Shown: one piece after another, positions 1 to 13,159 of the stretch | How positions within the stretch are numbered: the first letter of the stretch is position 1 | Layout: each line of letters begins with the position of its first letter | Assembly: GCA_008632985.1 (NCBI GenBank) | Contig: QPGO01000185.1 | Location: 62,001-126,000 of the forward strand | Source: Psammoneis japonica | Taxonomy: Eukaryota | Reading direction: 5' to 3' | DNA length: 64,000 nt | Translations under genes and position numbers: made by a program | The notes under the pieces: model-generated | Databases searched by the model: none | Seen by the model: only the letters and a program-made list of their open reading frames with translations | What the model was told of the DNA's origin: nothing

Positions 1-2
1 AT

Positions 3-1013
3 GTCATCTACGTTTCCAGTGCACTGGAGGCCAAGAGTTTAAACATTTCCACTCCGGGACGAGTACGTGCGAAACGTATTCTAGGAGAGAGTATCAATAT
101 TGAGGTTGTGGAGCAAGAGGCAGTCTCAAAGGAGTTGCTTGACGCGCGGCTCCTGCGAACCATGGACGATGATGATCAAGGCGCAGTCATTGATGTTAGC
201 TCCCTTTACGCCTCGGGTACCGGCGATGCGCATTTAGCAGCAATTCTAAGCAGAGAAATGCAGGAAGGCCAGAGGGCAGTAAGGGTCAAGTCCAGCCATG
301 GTCATGTTTCCGTCTTGACTAGACTTTTGTCGAGTACTTGTGATAATGCCGACACACCCATTGTTGCACTTGGCGGCGTGAACGGTAGCTGTGACGTTTC
401 CGTGGAAGGCGCCACACAGAGTCATGTTGCCGGTGAGGTTCATTTCGATAGCCTATCTCCGGGCTCTGTGAATGTAGTGAGCGCTGATGCTGGCAATCTT
501 TCCACTTCATTTGCTCAATCGGTGGTTTCTGATGTTCGACTAGCGTCCAGTCCATACATTACAACTATCGATGCGAGAGAGACATTGGTCGATGCCGACA
601 ATCCAGAAGACGTCGCTAGTGTTTTGAAAGAGCTTGGAGAATCAATTACCACAGAACTTGGAAAAAATACACTGGATGGCTCAAAGATTTCGATACAGAC
701 TAGTTCATTCTCGAATCGCCCAAAGCTCTGTTGCAGCTTGGAGAAGTCAAACGGAATTCTAGAGTACGTAGACGGATGGGTAGAGGACTCAGAAGGGGAA
801 AAGGATACTGGTCACGGTGGCAAGATTAGAATTGACAATGCTGCAGCCCAAGCGCTCCACGGATTTTCCAAATCCGAAAGTGTTGCAGAGAATGGTAGTC
901 GTCCGCTTGTCGTTGTTGCTACCAATGGACGAATTGCCGTTGATGTCATGAACTGGGTATCAAGTGTTGCGCGACGCTTCGGCATGAATATAAAAGAAGG
1001 GATACATAGATGA
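3..1013 (+). CDS. 5'-truncated protein, probably DUF4097/FAM185A-like beta-strand repeat protein
   Basis: Frame is open from base 3 (VIYVSSALEAKSLNISTPGRVRAKRILGESINIEV...) to TGA at 1013. It has repeated short beta-strand/Gly motifs, and the C-terminal 'VVVATNGRIAVDVMNW' resembles FAM185A-type ends. Family call is tentative. Confidence 0.4.
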   Translation, partial: VIYVSSALEAKSLNISTPGRVRAKRILGESINIEVVEQEAVSKELLDARLLRTMDDDDQGAVIDVSSLYASGTGDAHLAAILSREMQEGQRAVRVKSSHGHVSVLTRLLSSTCDNADTPIVALGGVNGSCDVSVEGATQSHVAGEVHFDSLSPGSVNVVSADAGNLSTSFAQSVVSDVRLASSPYITTIDARETLVDADNPEDVASVLKELGESITTELGKNTLDGSKISIQTSSFSNRPKLCCSLEKSNGILEYVDGWVEDSEGEKDTGHGGKIRIDNAAAQALHGFSKSESVAENGSRPLVVVATNGRIAVDVMNWVSSVARRFGMNIKEGIHR

Positions 1014-1713
1014 GGTGAAGAGTATCTGTGTATCCATTCGCGATGAAGATTGAAGATCGGGGATCTTGGGCTAGATCTCGAGAAGTCCAAAAAAGCGCTT
1101 GAAAGATCCAAGTAGGTAGAGTGCGGGAGAGTATGAAATAGAACGTCTCTTCTACTTCTGCTATGGTAAAAGGTAAAACTATCTTTTGAACTAACTGCTC
1201 TACGGTATCACAGTATAACTACTGTAACTTGGCATCTCTGCATTGGCGGATGACACTCATGGTCCGACCCTATGTACAGAAATTTCTGCAACGTCAAAAG
1301 CGAGGCCTCGACATTATTTGTTTATATTCAGATTCATATGTTTCAAAATCACTCAAAGTAACTATGGACTTGAAGATGTTTTTTTAAAATATGATATACA
1401 TAGTAATATTTTGAATGAATTTATTAGATCATTTATGATTTTGTACAAAGACTCGTACGCTATGGAATGTACCTACGATCACCTGTAGATCGGACAGATT
1501 GTTTTCGTGCAAAAAATCACACGACCGCGCGGCGGCTGGCATTTCCTCCGCGCCGCACCCCCGCAATGGACAACGGAGACTGACTTGTGGAGCGCTCCTT
1601 CTTGCGACGTCATTCAAGGCATCAAGCTTCCAAGAAAAGAGAGACTGACTAAAGGATTACCTGATATACTAGTTTGACCACAAGGTTGATCGAAAGCTCA
1701 CTTATCTTCAGCA

Positions 1714-3901
1714 ATGGACGTGTCGGTGGTCGCAGCTGTCGGGTCGTTTGTGGTTTCAGAGAGGGTACTCCGACCCAAGGCTACTATTCTTGTCATTCTT
1801 GGCTGTGTACTGTGTTACGACTTGACGACAAAGACGCATGATCCCTCCAGTTTAAGGGTTTATCGAGGTAGGTCATTCACCGTCACGTTTTTACGGGCTG
1901 AAAAAGAAAGAAAAATCTCACAAAACGCATTTTCCTATTCTAGGTCCTTCTTTGCTTGCGTTTACGCTAATGTGCTGTGCATACTCACTGAGAGTGTGGA
2001 GACGAAACGGTGTCGCGTGTGACGAGTTAATTTTTCTTCCTGGAACCGCGCATGAGACTCGCAGCTCTCACCCCTCGAGTCAATTGAGTGCCACATCATC
2101 ATCTGTACCAGCCTCGAAGGAAGGCGATGCGGCAGCCGGACCTGGACTTCGGAATGAAATGGATCGTAGCACCAGCTTTTCGGAAGAAAGAGTCCCAATG
2201 ATGGGCTCTCATAATGGACTCGATGATTCGAGCTCAGATTTGGGTCTTATGGATACGAGCGATACAGAAAGCAGAAGGAGGGAGGATATTATAGATGACA
2301 TCGTGAGAAGTCAGGGCGGTGCGGACGATGCTGAAAGTAGTGAGACGGACAGTGTCGAGGCTTCAGAAAGGCAATGTTTGGCGTGTACTTCATTAGAAGT
2401 GGAACAAACTGATGAAGGCGCAGATTCCCATTCTCGGACTGAACTTGGACGCTTTCGCAGTAATCACCCACGCATCACACGCATCGGAACCTTCTTCTTT
2501 TTCCGCTCACGGTCTTCACCTGAATCGGAGAACGCTGCCTACGCCCCATCGGGTCCATCGGTCTTTGGTGCAGCGCTTGATCTCTGTATGCCAATTCTTT
2601 TCAATTTTCATTTGTTTATTGAAGCATACAATCACTTGCCTTCTGCTGGTGGCGAAGCAACAGCCAAGGTTCTTCCGTTGATTTTTCTCAGCGTGCTGAT
2701 TGTGAGATCATTTATTCCACGATCACGTCGCAACAGATTCTGGTCCACTGTCAAATTCACAGCGCTTGCACCTTTCCATAGTGTACGCTTTCGAGACGCG
2801 TTTATTGGGGACGTGCTGACATCGTTGGTTCGACCAATCCAGGACGTTCTTTTTGCGCTCTCGTACTACTTGACTGTGATTTGGGGAACGCTTATTCAAT
2901 CGTATGGCTTGACAGAGGCATCAAGAAAGTTGGAGCGGAGCTGGTTTCTACACAATATTGTGCTTACAACTTGTGCGTTACTGCCGCTCTGGTGGAAGTT
3001 CCTTCAAACACTGCGACAGAGCTATGACGCAAAGCGACGGTGGCCATTTCTCGGTGACGCCTTCAAATACCTTACCGCTGCCCTGGTTATACTTTATGGG
3101 ATGACACATCCAGAAGATAGACTCTCCTTTTGGTGGCTCGTCTCATTTATCTGTTGTACCCTCTACCAGATTTATTGGGACGTGTTTATAGACTGGGAAT
3201 TGCTAGTCATTACTCCGAGAACGGACGCCCAACCATCAGAATCTCAGTGGTGCACAATATCCTCGTTGAGACCATCATCTTATATTCTCCTATCGGTACA
3301 AATGTACCTCATAACACCGATCGAAGACGCGTGTCGACGACTGAGCGCTGCTATTCCTAGTTTGGACCAAATAAATCTGCGACCGAGAAGACTATACAAG
3401 ACCAACGAGTTTTATTGGAGAATATTCTTCATAAACGCTCTCTTTCGGTTTACCTGGATGCTGTGTTTTATCCCTCCTTTCAAATTGACATCCTCTGGGG
3501 AAGAGAAAACGTTTTCGTCGGATGTTAGCAGCTACATTGGAGTTTTGCTACCAGTTGCTGAGATTATCAGACGGTGCTATTGGGGATTTCTGAAACTCGA
3601 AATGGAAACCATAAAGTTAATGGATTCGGATGCTTCGTATTCCTATGAACGAGTATTGAGTGGCTGCAGCGAGGGAGATGAATCAGATAAAGTTCGATCA
3701 TCTGGCTTTCGGCAATGCCTACCAACATGGCTAGACACACAACAAAAGCAGCAACATAGTGCTGCGACAGCTTCCCCGCCGTCAAGATTCTCCGAGTTTT
3801 TCGAGTGCTCAGAGTCTTTCTTGGAGAGGCTTTTTATTGCAGAGCTTTGTCTCTGGGCGGGAGCATTCGTAGGCCTTGGCTACTGGGTTGCGAGCGCGTG
3901 A
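1714..3901 (+). CDS. EXS-domain membrane protein (XPR1/SYG1/ERD1 family), no SPX domain
   Basis: Exon 1 from ATG 1714. GT-AG intron 1868-1943 joins in frame to give LRVYRGPSLL. Motifs VRFRDAFIGDVLTSLVRP, FLQTLRQSYD..WPFLGDAFKY, YWDVFIDW, LRPRRLY, EIIRRCYWGFLKLE. Confidence 0.9.
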
Positions 3902-4199
3902 GGGACAGTATTTTAGATCTCGTTATTCTAATTCTCGCCTCTCTATCTCGCTCAAGAGAAACCCATCTTTGAGCGACAGCTTCCTAAGACGGGTTTGCCA
4001 AACACTCAACAACTATTAACCTCCTCTTATCTCCTCTACCGTAGCTAAAGTAAGATGATGTACACTCCTCTCCTTGGTGTTTGGTCCACAGGCTCAAAGC
4101 AGTTCGGGCCTCTTTATAGCTACTGCTACTAAGTAGAGGGACAAACCGTTCATACTCGTAATTATTACTGTACGCGAGCCCCGCCCCCGTGTGGTGATC

Positions 4200-7100
4200 A
4201 TGAATGAAGGCGGTAAAATGTGCACCCGTTGATGTTTTGAATCGCCCTTTGCTCTGTCACACACACAACACCATGAGCAAGGAAGAAACGATGTTTGTAG
4301 AAGCCCCGGAGTTGTGCATGGAAGAACAATCAATGTGTCAATTGAGATGGGTTGGAATGCCACAGAGCTCTGGCTCCATCAACAAGAAGAGAACAAAAAC
4401 TTTGAAGAATGGTCGGGGGCAAAAACAACTGGGCCAAGTTCAGGAAGCACACCAGTGTGCTGTGTGACTTGGTTGAGATTCATGACTGTCATCAAGCACA
4501 TTTGTCATCCTCTTTGCAGGAAGCAAACCAGCACTTGATTGAGATGCATGACTGTGTCATCAAGCACACATTTGTTGTCCCCCATCTTTGCAGGGTGAAG
4601 TGTGTCTGGGCGTGAAATGCACAAAGAGGATGTGGCCAGGCAATTTCATGAGAGGTGGCTGACATTGCCTTGTGCTCAGACTCACCCTCAAAGGAGATTT
4701 GAAAATTGCTTCTCTGCAAAAACAAGCACTGCAAGTTGTTGTGAGTCTCTTGCTGATTTTTGTGTGCCACTTGGCTGATGCCAGATGAGTGCCAATCTTG
4801 ACCCAACAAAGCTGCTGGCACCATGCCAGCAAGCAAAAGAAGACCAGCTGTGAATTTGACCCAAAGCAATGTGTGGCTCTGTTTGCTTTGTTGCACTGAA
4901 AGGCAGCAAAGATTTGGAAAGATCAGCTGTGTCAGTGGTTTGTTTGGAGGACAATGAGTGCAGAGATGAGCTGATGTGGTGGTGAAAAGTGTTGGGGCAG
5001 CAGCAAGCTGCAAAACAATGTCAATCAACACAACACTGCAGCATGCATCAGACAACAGATGGGAGATGGAAAGCTGTGTCCTTTCCTTTGCAGCACTTGA
5101 AAATGACAACCACTGTGCTTGCTTCATGTGAAGAGCAAAACTTTGGGTTGAAGGGTGCTGAAGTGCCGCTGACTTGTTGCTGTCACACCTGCTGCAGAAA
5201 TGCCCAAAACTTTCCACTTTTCTTTTCAGCTTTTGTTGAGGAAGTGGAGGGAGATGCAGCTTTTCCATGCATTGTTGGCAGCATGGGAGCTGAGCAGATT
5301 TTGTTTTTGAGAATGACCGGAGGAGCTTCAGCATTGCTTTTGCTGGGATGGATGACATTCCCAGATGCCACATTGCCAGTTGCATGTGAAGTGCTGCAGA
5401 GTGGAAGAAAAAGGCTCTCTTGGCATGCACTGGGCATTGATGCTGATTTGGAAGGAACTTGCTTCAAAACACTTGGTGTCAAAACTTGGCAAGACATCAC
5501 TCAATCACATGCTTGTGAAGAGCGGCAAGGGGTGAGGGCTTTTTTTTGCCTTTTTTTGTCAGAGCACCTTGGCAAGAACCCATCTCTAAAGAAATGAAAG
5601 CCTTTTCCCACCACACAAACTTTGATGTCATCAATTTTCAAGAGCCCACCAAAATGTGCACCACATCAGCAGGGCTGTGCAGGGAGCCACCAATGACTGT
5701 GTGTCTCATCTGGCCATTCTCATGCCAAATGATCCAGCTGAGTGCCAGTGTGTCCATTTGGACCATCACATTGTCAAACATGGCTGTGCAGGACAGTGCT
5801 CAAGAATGTCCAAAAGCACAAAACAAAGAAGAAACAAGAGCAAGCTGCCAAGGCAAACAGATCAGTCATGAGCCAGTGTCTCTGGCGCTCCACTTGACTT
5901 CAGTTGTGCACTTTGCACAACCTTGCGCACATTGTTCTCAGCATCACCAAGACAGCATGGGACAATCCAGGTGACAGCACTGAGAAGGAGATTGAGTGCA
6001 GAAGTTTTGCTCAATGCCAGAAGCCACTTGTGACTTGCACTGTGCCACTGGGCTGCACGGCCAAGTTGAGACAGCAAGAGCTGGCCAGTCAAAAGCAAGA
6101 ATCTTGAGAATGCCAAGGAGGAAAAATTCAAAGCTCAGGAATCACTCCATGCCACTTGGAGTTAAGTTGCACTGAGCTTGGAAGTGGTGTAAAAGCCTCT
6201 CTGTTGCAAGCACATGGAGATTTGTGTGAATCAGCTGTGGGAGTGCACACACTCACAACTCACAAGTCAAGAGCAAGCACAACAAGACAGCCTGCTCTGC
6301 TCTGAAAGATCCATTTTCCAACACCAGTGCTTGCCTGAAACACCACTGTGGAACACATGAGAGCATGTTAGAATCTGTCGTTTGTGAATCTCCCATCGTC
6401 AGCACCAAGAAGCAAGCACAACCCGCTCTGTGAGATGGATCATTCAACAGAGACAACTGTCTCAGAATGCACAACCACAGCTCATTGTTCAGTGCCTGCA
6501 AGATGCATCCAAAGATGAGTCAGAAGATGTGAGAGTGACATTGAAAAATGTGGTGAGCAAACACAAGGAGATTTTTGGCTCATGTTCAAAGCTCTTGCAC
6601 CAAGGCTCAGATCTGCTGATGTGTCACAAATTAATTTGACATCAAGGGGTTCAAGGAGGATCTCACAAGATTTTCTGGGAGTTGCGCAACAGGTCCACAA
6701 CAACTGAGCTTTGCCAACTGATTGAGCAGCACATGGTGGAAATGTTGACCATGTGTGGCACAACAGGTTTCTTTGCCGAAGATGTGATGTTTTGAGTCTG
6801 CCGTCTGCACAGTGGCAAATTCCTTGGCCCAATGACATGCAGCCCCCTGGACAACAAGCACTTGGGTTCCAGGGGCAAGAAAAAACACAAAGCTGAACAA
6901 CAAAATGGAAAAACACAGGAGAAACATGGCTGAGTCGGGCAACAAAAGGTTGAAGAGATCCCAAGGGGGAAAGCAAGAAGCAGCACAGAAAAAAGTGAGA
7001 AAACAACAGAAGAAGATGTTGTGCCAATGCTCAGCTTGTTTGTGCACTTGCCAATTTCTTGGACAATGGGGTTGAGAGGATGCAGGAGGAAGATTAAGAT

Positions 7101-7450
7101 GTGATTTTCAAGTGCAAAGAGTTCATGCTGGCATGCTGCGTGAAATGCCTCAGCCACCTTTTGGGCTGGGCATGCCACGCCAGCAACGTTGGCGCCACAC
7201 TGCACAATCTCTTGGAACATGTTGTGTGGAGGCCTGCCCAGGATGCTGTGGAGCAGAGACACAGAACAAGAGGCAGAGGCGGCAACGTCTTCATCGGTGT
7301 TCGGTGGGAGACGAAAGTGGTGTCGTGGGCGTTGTGTTGTGAGAATGGGAGGAGTTGGGGGGGAAAGGACAGGAGGTCATGAGTTTTTGTTTTTTTACAA
7401 TTGAGCGAGGAGAGCGGAGCACGGCCGCCGGGATGGGATGGGTTGGGATG
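4200..7450. repeat. TpA/CpG-depleted hypermutated block 1 (degenerate repeat or gene relic, unclassified)
   Basis: Long stretches lack TA entirely (e.g. 4501-4800: no TA, one CG by eye) and TG/CA is in excess. ORFs in all frames are Tyr-free and rich in Cys/His. Boundaries are approximate. Confidence 0.8.
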
Positions 7451-7585
7451 GGCTCATCACTCATGCCGGGAGACTTGACGCTGCGCCTTGACCAGAGTCT
7501 CTTAACTTCTCTATTACCTATTCCTGCCTTCGTCGTCGCAATTCCTACAGTAGTTTAGCTTAAGACTTTTCAGCAATCGTCCGAC

Positions 7586-8319
7586 ATGTTTAAAAAGTTC
7601 GATGCGTCTTCTGACGTCTCGACGTCAACGCAAGTCAAAGCCTCAGTCCAACGCGCAATCAAATCTCAAATTGCTGAATCTCATCCCGACTTGACTGACG
7701 ATGTGCTTGATGACTTGCTACCCAAGAAACCACCGCTTGTTCAGTACAAAGTGGGGCCACATTTGATGCTTTATTGTCGACAAACATCAGATGGAGGTAG
7801 GGACGAACCAACATTCTTTCAGCAGCGAGATGGTCCGATTCTCCCATGCCTCAAGCTGGTGCATAAGTATCCCGACCTTACATTTACGCGCGTTACCGTC
7901 GACAAGGGCGCGATTCCTTTTATTCTTGGAGGTGCTCATATCATGTGTCCCGGTTTAACCAATCCTGGTGGTTCGATGCACAACGATGGAGGAAACGAGG
8001 GCGATTCACCTTCTGATTCAAAAGAGTTAGCCAAAGGAGATGGTGTCGTTGTATACGCGGAAGGAAAGGAGCACGCCATTGCTGTTGGCATTATGACATT
8101 GAGTGGCGCGGAAATGTAAGCAACAGGCGGCTATGGTTGAATCGTCATCAAATAAATTTGTAGTCTACTGTATGCACACCCTCACATCCGTGCCGTTATT
8201 GTTCTCGTTCTCTATCATCTTCTTCGTCAATCTTAAGCCGGACGAAAAACAAAGGCATCTGCATTGATGTGGCGCATTTTCTTGGTGATGGGCTTTACCA
8301 GACTGATGAAATTCATTGA
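7586..8319 (+). CDS. MCTS1: MCT-1/Tma20 translation reinitiation factor (PUA domain)
   Basis: MFKKF start, VDKGAIPFILGGAHIMCPGLT, VYAEGKEHAIAVG. Intron 8116-8237; exon 2 reads RTKNKGICIDVAHFLGDGLY..*. Confidence 0.93.
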
Positions 8320-8909
8320 CAGCGAACAATTCTTTATTCAAGGCCCCGGGAAGGGTTCTGTTCGGCAGCTTCCCTCACGCTACCTCTCTCTCTAGAGAGA
8401 GAGCAAAGTACTCTCGTCGTTTTTGGTGTCAAGTTGAGGCGAAACAAGATTGGCTCACAATGACTTGTTGCGTTTGCGAAGCAGTTCTTTATGAAGTTTA
8501 CGACATAAACATGCTAAGCGATACTTTTTATCCAAGTCTCAATTACCGGTACTGCCGATTTCAAGCAAACATGTTGCTTCATAATTCCTCTCTCGAGTTA
8601 CAGCTGCTAAGCAGAAATGCATCCGCACGACAGCATTCATTCGAACCACCGTACCGTTGTCGGACACTGTGTCCATCCACAATCCCACCTCCACAGAGAC
8701 AAGTCCGTTGCAGTAGAGATTCGCTATTCAGGCAGGTTGCATGTTCCACAATGATATTCTAGGTTTGCTAGAGAAAAATACAAAGCAATCAATGGAAGAT
8801 TACTATGATGTTGTTCATGACAGAACGACTCCTCACTCTAGCTAGAGAGAGGACAAGCGCTTTCCGTTCCAAGCTTCAGCATGCACGCAGCCTCCCATGA
8901 GCAGCAGCA

Positions 8910-10139
8910 TTACTGCGACACTGACGAAAGCTCCCTGGTCTTGACAAACACGCCCACCATGGAAGCAGTCTGTACCTTCTCGTCCGTTCCAGAGGCCAAC
9001 CGATACTCCACATCGCTTAAGCCATCCAAGAGCCGAGACAACATGCCTGCGGGCAAGTCCATACTCACAATCATAGTGGTCAAATCTTGGAGAATATCAC
9101 CCAGAGCGTATCCCTTGGTAAAGCAGGTGTCCACGATCTGGTCATATGCTTCCTTGAAGCTTTGATTCATGAGTAAGAGAAGCATGGCTTTCATGTCGGA
9201 AGGAAGGGGCGCCCCGGAAGTCAAGTACACAGCCTCTCCATTCACTTCGTCGGATGACATGGCTGTGGACTGCAAGAGATTCAGCACACGCCGCATGTCT
9301 CCTCCCGAGAGTGCGAGAATAGCGTCAATCCCGTCATCGGTGACATTACAGTTTTCTGCCTTGGCGACCTCCAGTAAGCGGCCACGAATCTGAGTCTGAG
9401 AAAGAGGTGCAAAGCGAAAGCGCGTACAACGGCTCTGAAGGGCCGGAATGATTTTGCTGACATAGTTGCAAATGAGACAAAACCTCGCGTTCTTGGTGAA
9501 CTTTTCAATGGTGCGTCGAAGAGCAAACTGGGCGTCACTCGTCATGGCGTCGGCCTCGTCCAGAATAATGAGCTTGACGCCTTTGGAAAAGAGCTGCCGG
9601 GTACCTGCAAACTCTTTTATCTCGTTCCGAACGACCTGTGCGATGCATGGCAAAAGACGCGCGTTAGAATAGGACGACAAGCTTACATAAGATGATACAT
9701 AGCACTGTAAGACAAACTTACGTCAATTCCACGGGCGTCACTAGCGTTCAATTCAAGAGCCATGCTGGAGTATGCCGCAGCGCTGCCGTACATTCGTTTC
9801 GCAGCCGCAACTATTGTCGATGTCTTGCCCGTCCCAGGAGGCCCATAGAGCAACAGGTGGGGTAGGTTATCATTGTCAATCAAATTCGTGAGAATCTCGA
9901 TAATTTCCTCATGAGCGACAAGGTCCTCTAGCCTTGTGGGAATAGAAGCGACGGCAAGATATCGAAAAAATGAGGTGAGATGCGTGCAAGAAGTGTCAAC
10001 GCACCGTCAAACAAAACTGCCACCGTTACGCCACTGCTTACTTTTCCGGTCGATACTTCTCAACCCATGGAAGTTGCAACTCTCCGTTTGGTCCAGAGGG
10101 TGACGATACCGGGTTGTCTCTGTCACTGCTGTCGGCCAT
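8910..10139 (-). CDS. RFC5: Replication factor C small subunit (human RFC5 / yeast Rfc3 type)
   Basis: LPWVEKYRP, Walker A GPPGTGKT, LELNASDARGIDVVR, Walker B LIILDEADAMT, SRC motif. Two GT-AG introns (~10041-9933, ~9721-9637). Confidence 0.92.
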
Positions 10140-10417
10140 GGTGGTATTGGGTACGGTATTGCGTCGTCTTTGGCAAAAATCTCGCGCCAAAACCAAGGCA
10201 ACGCTCGAGCGAGGACCGGCGCGCGCTTCTACCGGTATCTCGCTCGTACGACCGACGCACGCACGTTGGCTCTTTGCGTCGCCCGTCCGTCGCCCGACCT
10301 GCCATCCCAACTCCAGCAACTCCCCTCAAGCAGCAAGCGGCAGCGCAACGCAACTCGATGTTGTTGCGGTGTTTGTGTGTTGTTCTGCGTCCAATTAGTT
10401 GTTAATTGAAACGCTCG

Positions 10418-11401
10418 ATGGATAACATAAGAATAACACTGGTGGACTTGACGTCCGATGGATGTGATTCTGATGAGCAGTTGCAAGAATTGCTCACGGA
10501 AACCCTTGCGTGCTGCGCTACGGCCGAGAGCCTCCAGCAACGCCAGAAAATGAGCAAGATGTGCTGTCTTGCTTCTACTCCGCCCGGAAAAGAAGAAGAT
10601 GACATCTGCACGACTTTAAAGGAAAAGATAAATCGATATATCAAGAATGCAGACAAGTACGTGGCGTTCACATCACTATTGCTGAAAAGCCGAGCGTTTC
10701 ACTTGTCTTGTTCTGACGAGGACCTCGAGGAAGAAGGGTGTTTACCGGTCGTAGAGCTACCTCGTACTCGGCATGGCAAGCCATTTATTCCGGACCCCAC
10801 AAGTGGAACTCGTTGGACCTTTAGTGTTTCGCATCAGTTTCCTTTTGTTGGTATAGCGCAATCGCAAAAGAATGAAGAAATTGGAATGGATATTGTGGTG
10901 TTTGAGCCCCCCAACAAGAAATTATACGATTCCACTGACAGATTCGTTCGTGTTTTTCGAGACTGCTTTACGGAATGGGAATGGAGTAGAATACATTGTA
11001 CAGACAACGACGAAGGCCTATTGAAGGAGTTTTATCTGAGATGGTCCATGAAGGAATCGTATACCAAGGCCTTGGGAATGGGCATGGGCTTCGACTTTGG
11101 TGCGTTCGAAACTCGACTGCAGAATATCGACGACAATGAAGAGACGAGCAAAGGAATCTGGCCAAGTCTAGAGAGCAAGGAAGGAATCATTCTTGGTGGT
11201 GATGTCGTTTCGGGCGAGGACAAAGACAGTACGTGGAGCTTTGTCTTTTTGCCTTTGTGCAGCGCCGATCATCAAATAAGTGGTTGCGTTTGCGTGTGCT
11301 TGCGACACACAAGAGAGACCAATGCATATCAGAACCTTCCTAAAAGAGAATGGTTATCGCTGAGTGATTTGGCTTTGTGGCACAGGAAGTCTAAGGGCTA
11401 G
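10418..11401 (+). CDS. Sfp/AASDHPPT-type 4'-phosphopantetheinyl transferase
   Basis: Motifs TRHGKPF, FSVSHQ, IGMDIV, FYLRWSMKESYTKALGMG. Divergent from RFC5. Confidence 0.9.
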   Translation: MDNIRITLVDLTSDGCDSDEQLQELLTETLACCATAESLQQRQKMSKMCCLASTPPGKEEDDICTTLKEKINRYIKNADKYVAFTSLLLKSRAFHLSCSDEDLEEEGCLPVVELPRTRHGKPFIPDPTSGTRWTFSVSHQFPFVGIAQSQKNEEIGMDIVVFEPPNKKLYDSTDRFVRVFRDCFTEWEWSRIHCTDNDEGLLKEFYLRWSMKESYTKALGMGMGFDFGAFETRLQNIDDNEETSKGIWPSLESKEGIILGGDVVSGEDKDSTWSFVFLPLCSADHQISGCVCVCLRHTRETNAYQNLPKREWLSLSDLALWHRKSKG

Positions 11402-12123
11402 AAAGACAACCGCTACTCGATCAACTTGTCTACGCCAAGCTTGGGGTGTGTTGGAACAGACTAATTTGGTATAAGAAGGAGCCGTCAACGGTAACTTCGA
11501 AACCGTTTCCAACTGTTTTGACACGAGGCAAGTGACTGCAAGGAAGTCTATAGCGTTGTGCTCTCCCAAGAACCGAAAGTTTAAAATCATGAATAACTTG
11601 AATTCCGCATAAGCTCGAGCACGATAGTTCGAGTTCTACGACCTTGAGGGCGTTAAAGGTAGTGGCTTTTGGCAAACGGTATATTGCGGAGGAACACAAA
11701 GGATGCTTTCCGTACCGGGAGCTTCACAAGTTGGAGTGGGCCAAAGGAGACGATGGGACCATTCCGGAAAATTAGGGTGACACGAAAGCGAGGTTCCGTA
11801 GCTACGCCGGTACCGGTAAGATGATTCTTGCTAACCTTGAAGGAACAGACGCAAAGGCTTGGTTTGAAGAGAGAAACATGCTAGCAACGGCAAAAGCCTC
11901 TCGTCAACGGCGCTCGAAACATGTAGAATGCCTCTTTTCACGAGCAGCATCCCATGTTAGGAAGAATATCTGCATAAAGGAAATATCCTTGCAGCAAAAG
12001 CTGGCCCTCTTGCTTTGAATGAGGACGACCGAGACGATACAGAAAACATATCATCCAGCCTGCCTTCTCGGGAGAGTTAGCCCAACAAAGCAGAGATGCT
12101 CGGCGCCCGACGCCATTGCACGA

Positions 12124-12173
12124 TAGCCGGTCCTGTTGTTGGTCTTACTAGCCGGTCCTGTTGTTGGTCTTAC
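12124..12173 (+). repeat. Perfect 25-bp tandem duplication
   Basis: tagccggtcctgttgttggtcttac at 12124-12148 and 12149-12173. Confidence 0.95.
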
Positions 12174-13159
12174 CGGCAATGCTTCCGAAGACTCGGAGGA
12201 CGACTCATTTTGAGTTATGTGATGAAGAACCTGACTTGGACAACCGTGCTGACAGCTTCATCTTGGCGTTGAAAGTGAAGAAACCAGCGAAGAAAGAGAC
12301 AGCGGGTGCGATGGCCTGTAATTTGTTTAGACGGAGAAGACCAGGTTAAGGGTGCGGTCGCGGTTTCATAGCACCTCATGCATGGTGCCGTTCGGATTCA
12401 AGGATTATAGAATAGAGATGTCTCGTGTGCAATCCATCCAAGAGAAAAAGGTGCTCTGACAGCCTCTCTTCTCTTATGACGAAACTGATTATCCGTTTCG
12501 CATGGCCTGTTAAGTTTTCTTCGTTTCGTACGCCGGCTTGTTGGTATACAGTCTTCGAGTCTCCGCACGAAGGCTGGTAAAGCTTCTGTGGTATAGTACC
12601 GGAAAGTCTCGACCGCACTACAATTCGAGACCACTCCCATGAGTATTCGTCGATTGCTCCTGAGAGTACAACGGTAAAAAGGAAGAGATGCGAGTCGACT
12701 GGATTCGAATCCCGTCGCGGTTCTACTGGAAAGCGTCGGCGTGCTTTTGTGAATCTTAAAGGCAATGAATCTGGTGATGGAAACAGACATGAACGCGGAG
12801 ATGACTGCGATAACGAACCGGTGGATCTCATTGCGAACAAGTGTGTCAGGATGGTGAGAGCCTCTCAATAGTAGAAACCAGTAAAGCTCCCCGTGAGGTA
12901 CACACGCACGCCGGCAGCATTGGTGCCAATGCCGGCGTTCACCATCAACACTTCTAGCTAGAAGTTAAGTACCATACTGTACAGACACGCACTGTACTTA
13001 CTCCTACCAGCAACACCACGCTCTGGCGTACCGATGTGACCCAAGTTGTCGGCAACACCACGACGCTCAGGTGTGGCGGCAGGGGACTGCGACGAAAGAA
13101 GGCGGTTCATTGCGGTGCATTGATGCGAGCGTTCTCAGTTCCAGTCGGTTTTCATCTTG

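Noticed and set aside
4204..7404. Many overlapping 60-312 aa ORFs in all six frames (likewise at 37.1-48.4 kb and 53.1-55.9 kb)
   Set aside because: They are by-products of TA depletion, which removes TAA/TAG stops. They are Tyr-free, Cys/His/Trp-rich and match no coherent protein, so they are not genes.
8384..8403. Perfect 20-bp palindrome ctctctctctagagagagag downstream of MCT-1
   Set aside because: Low-complexity CT/AG microsatellite junction, with no evidence of terminator or regulatory function.
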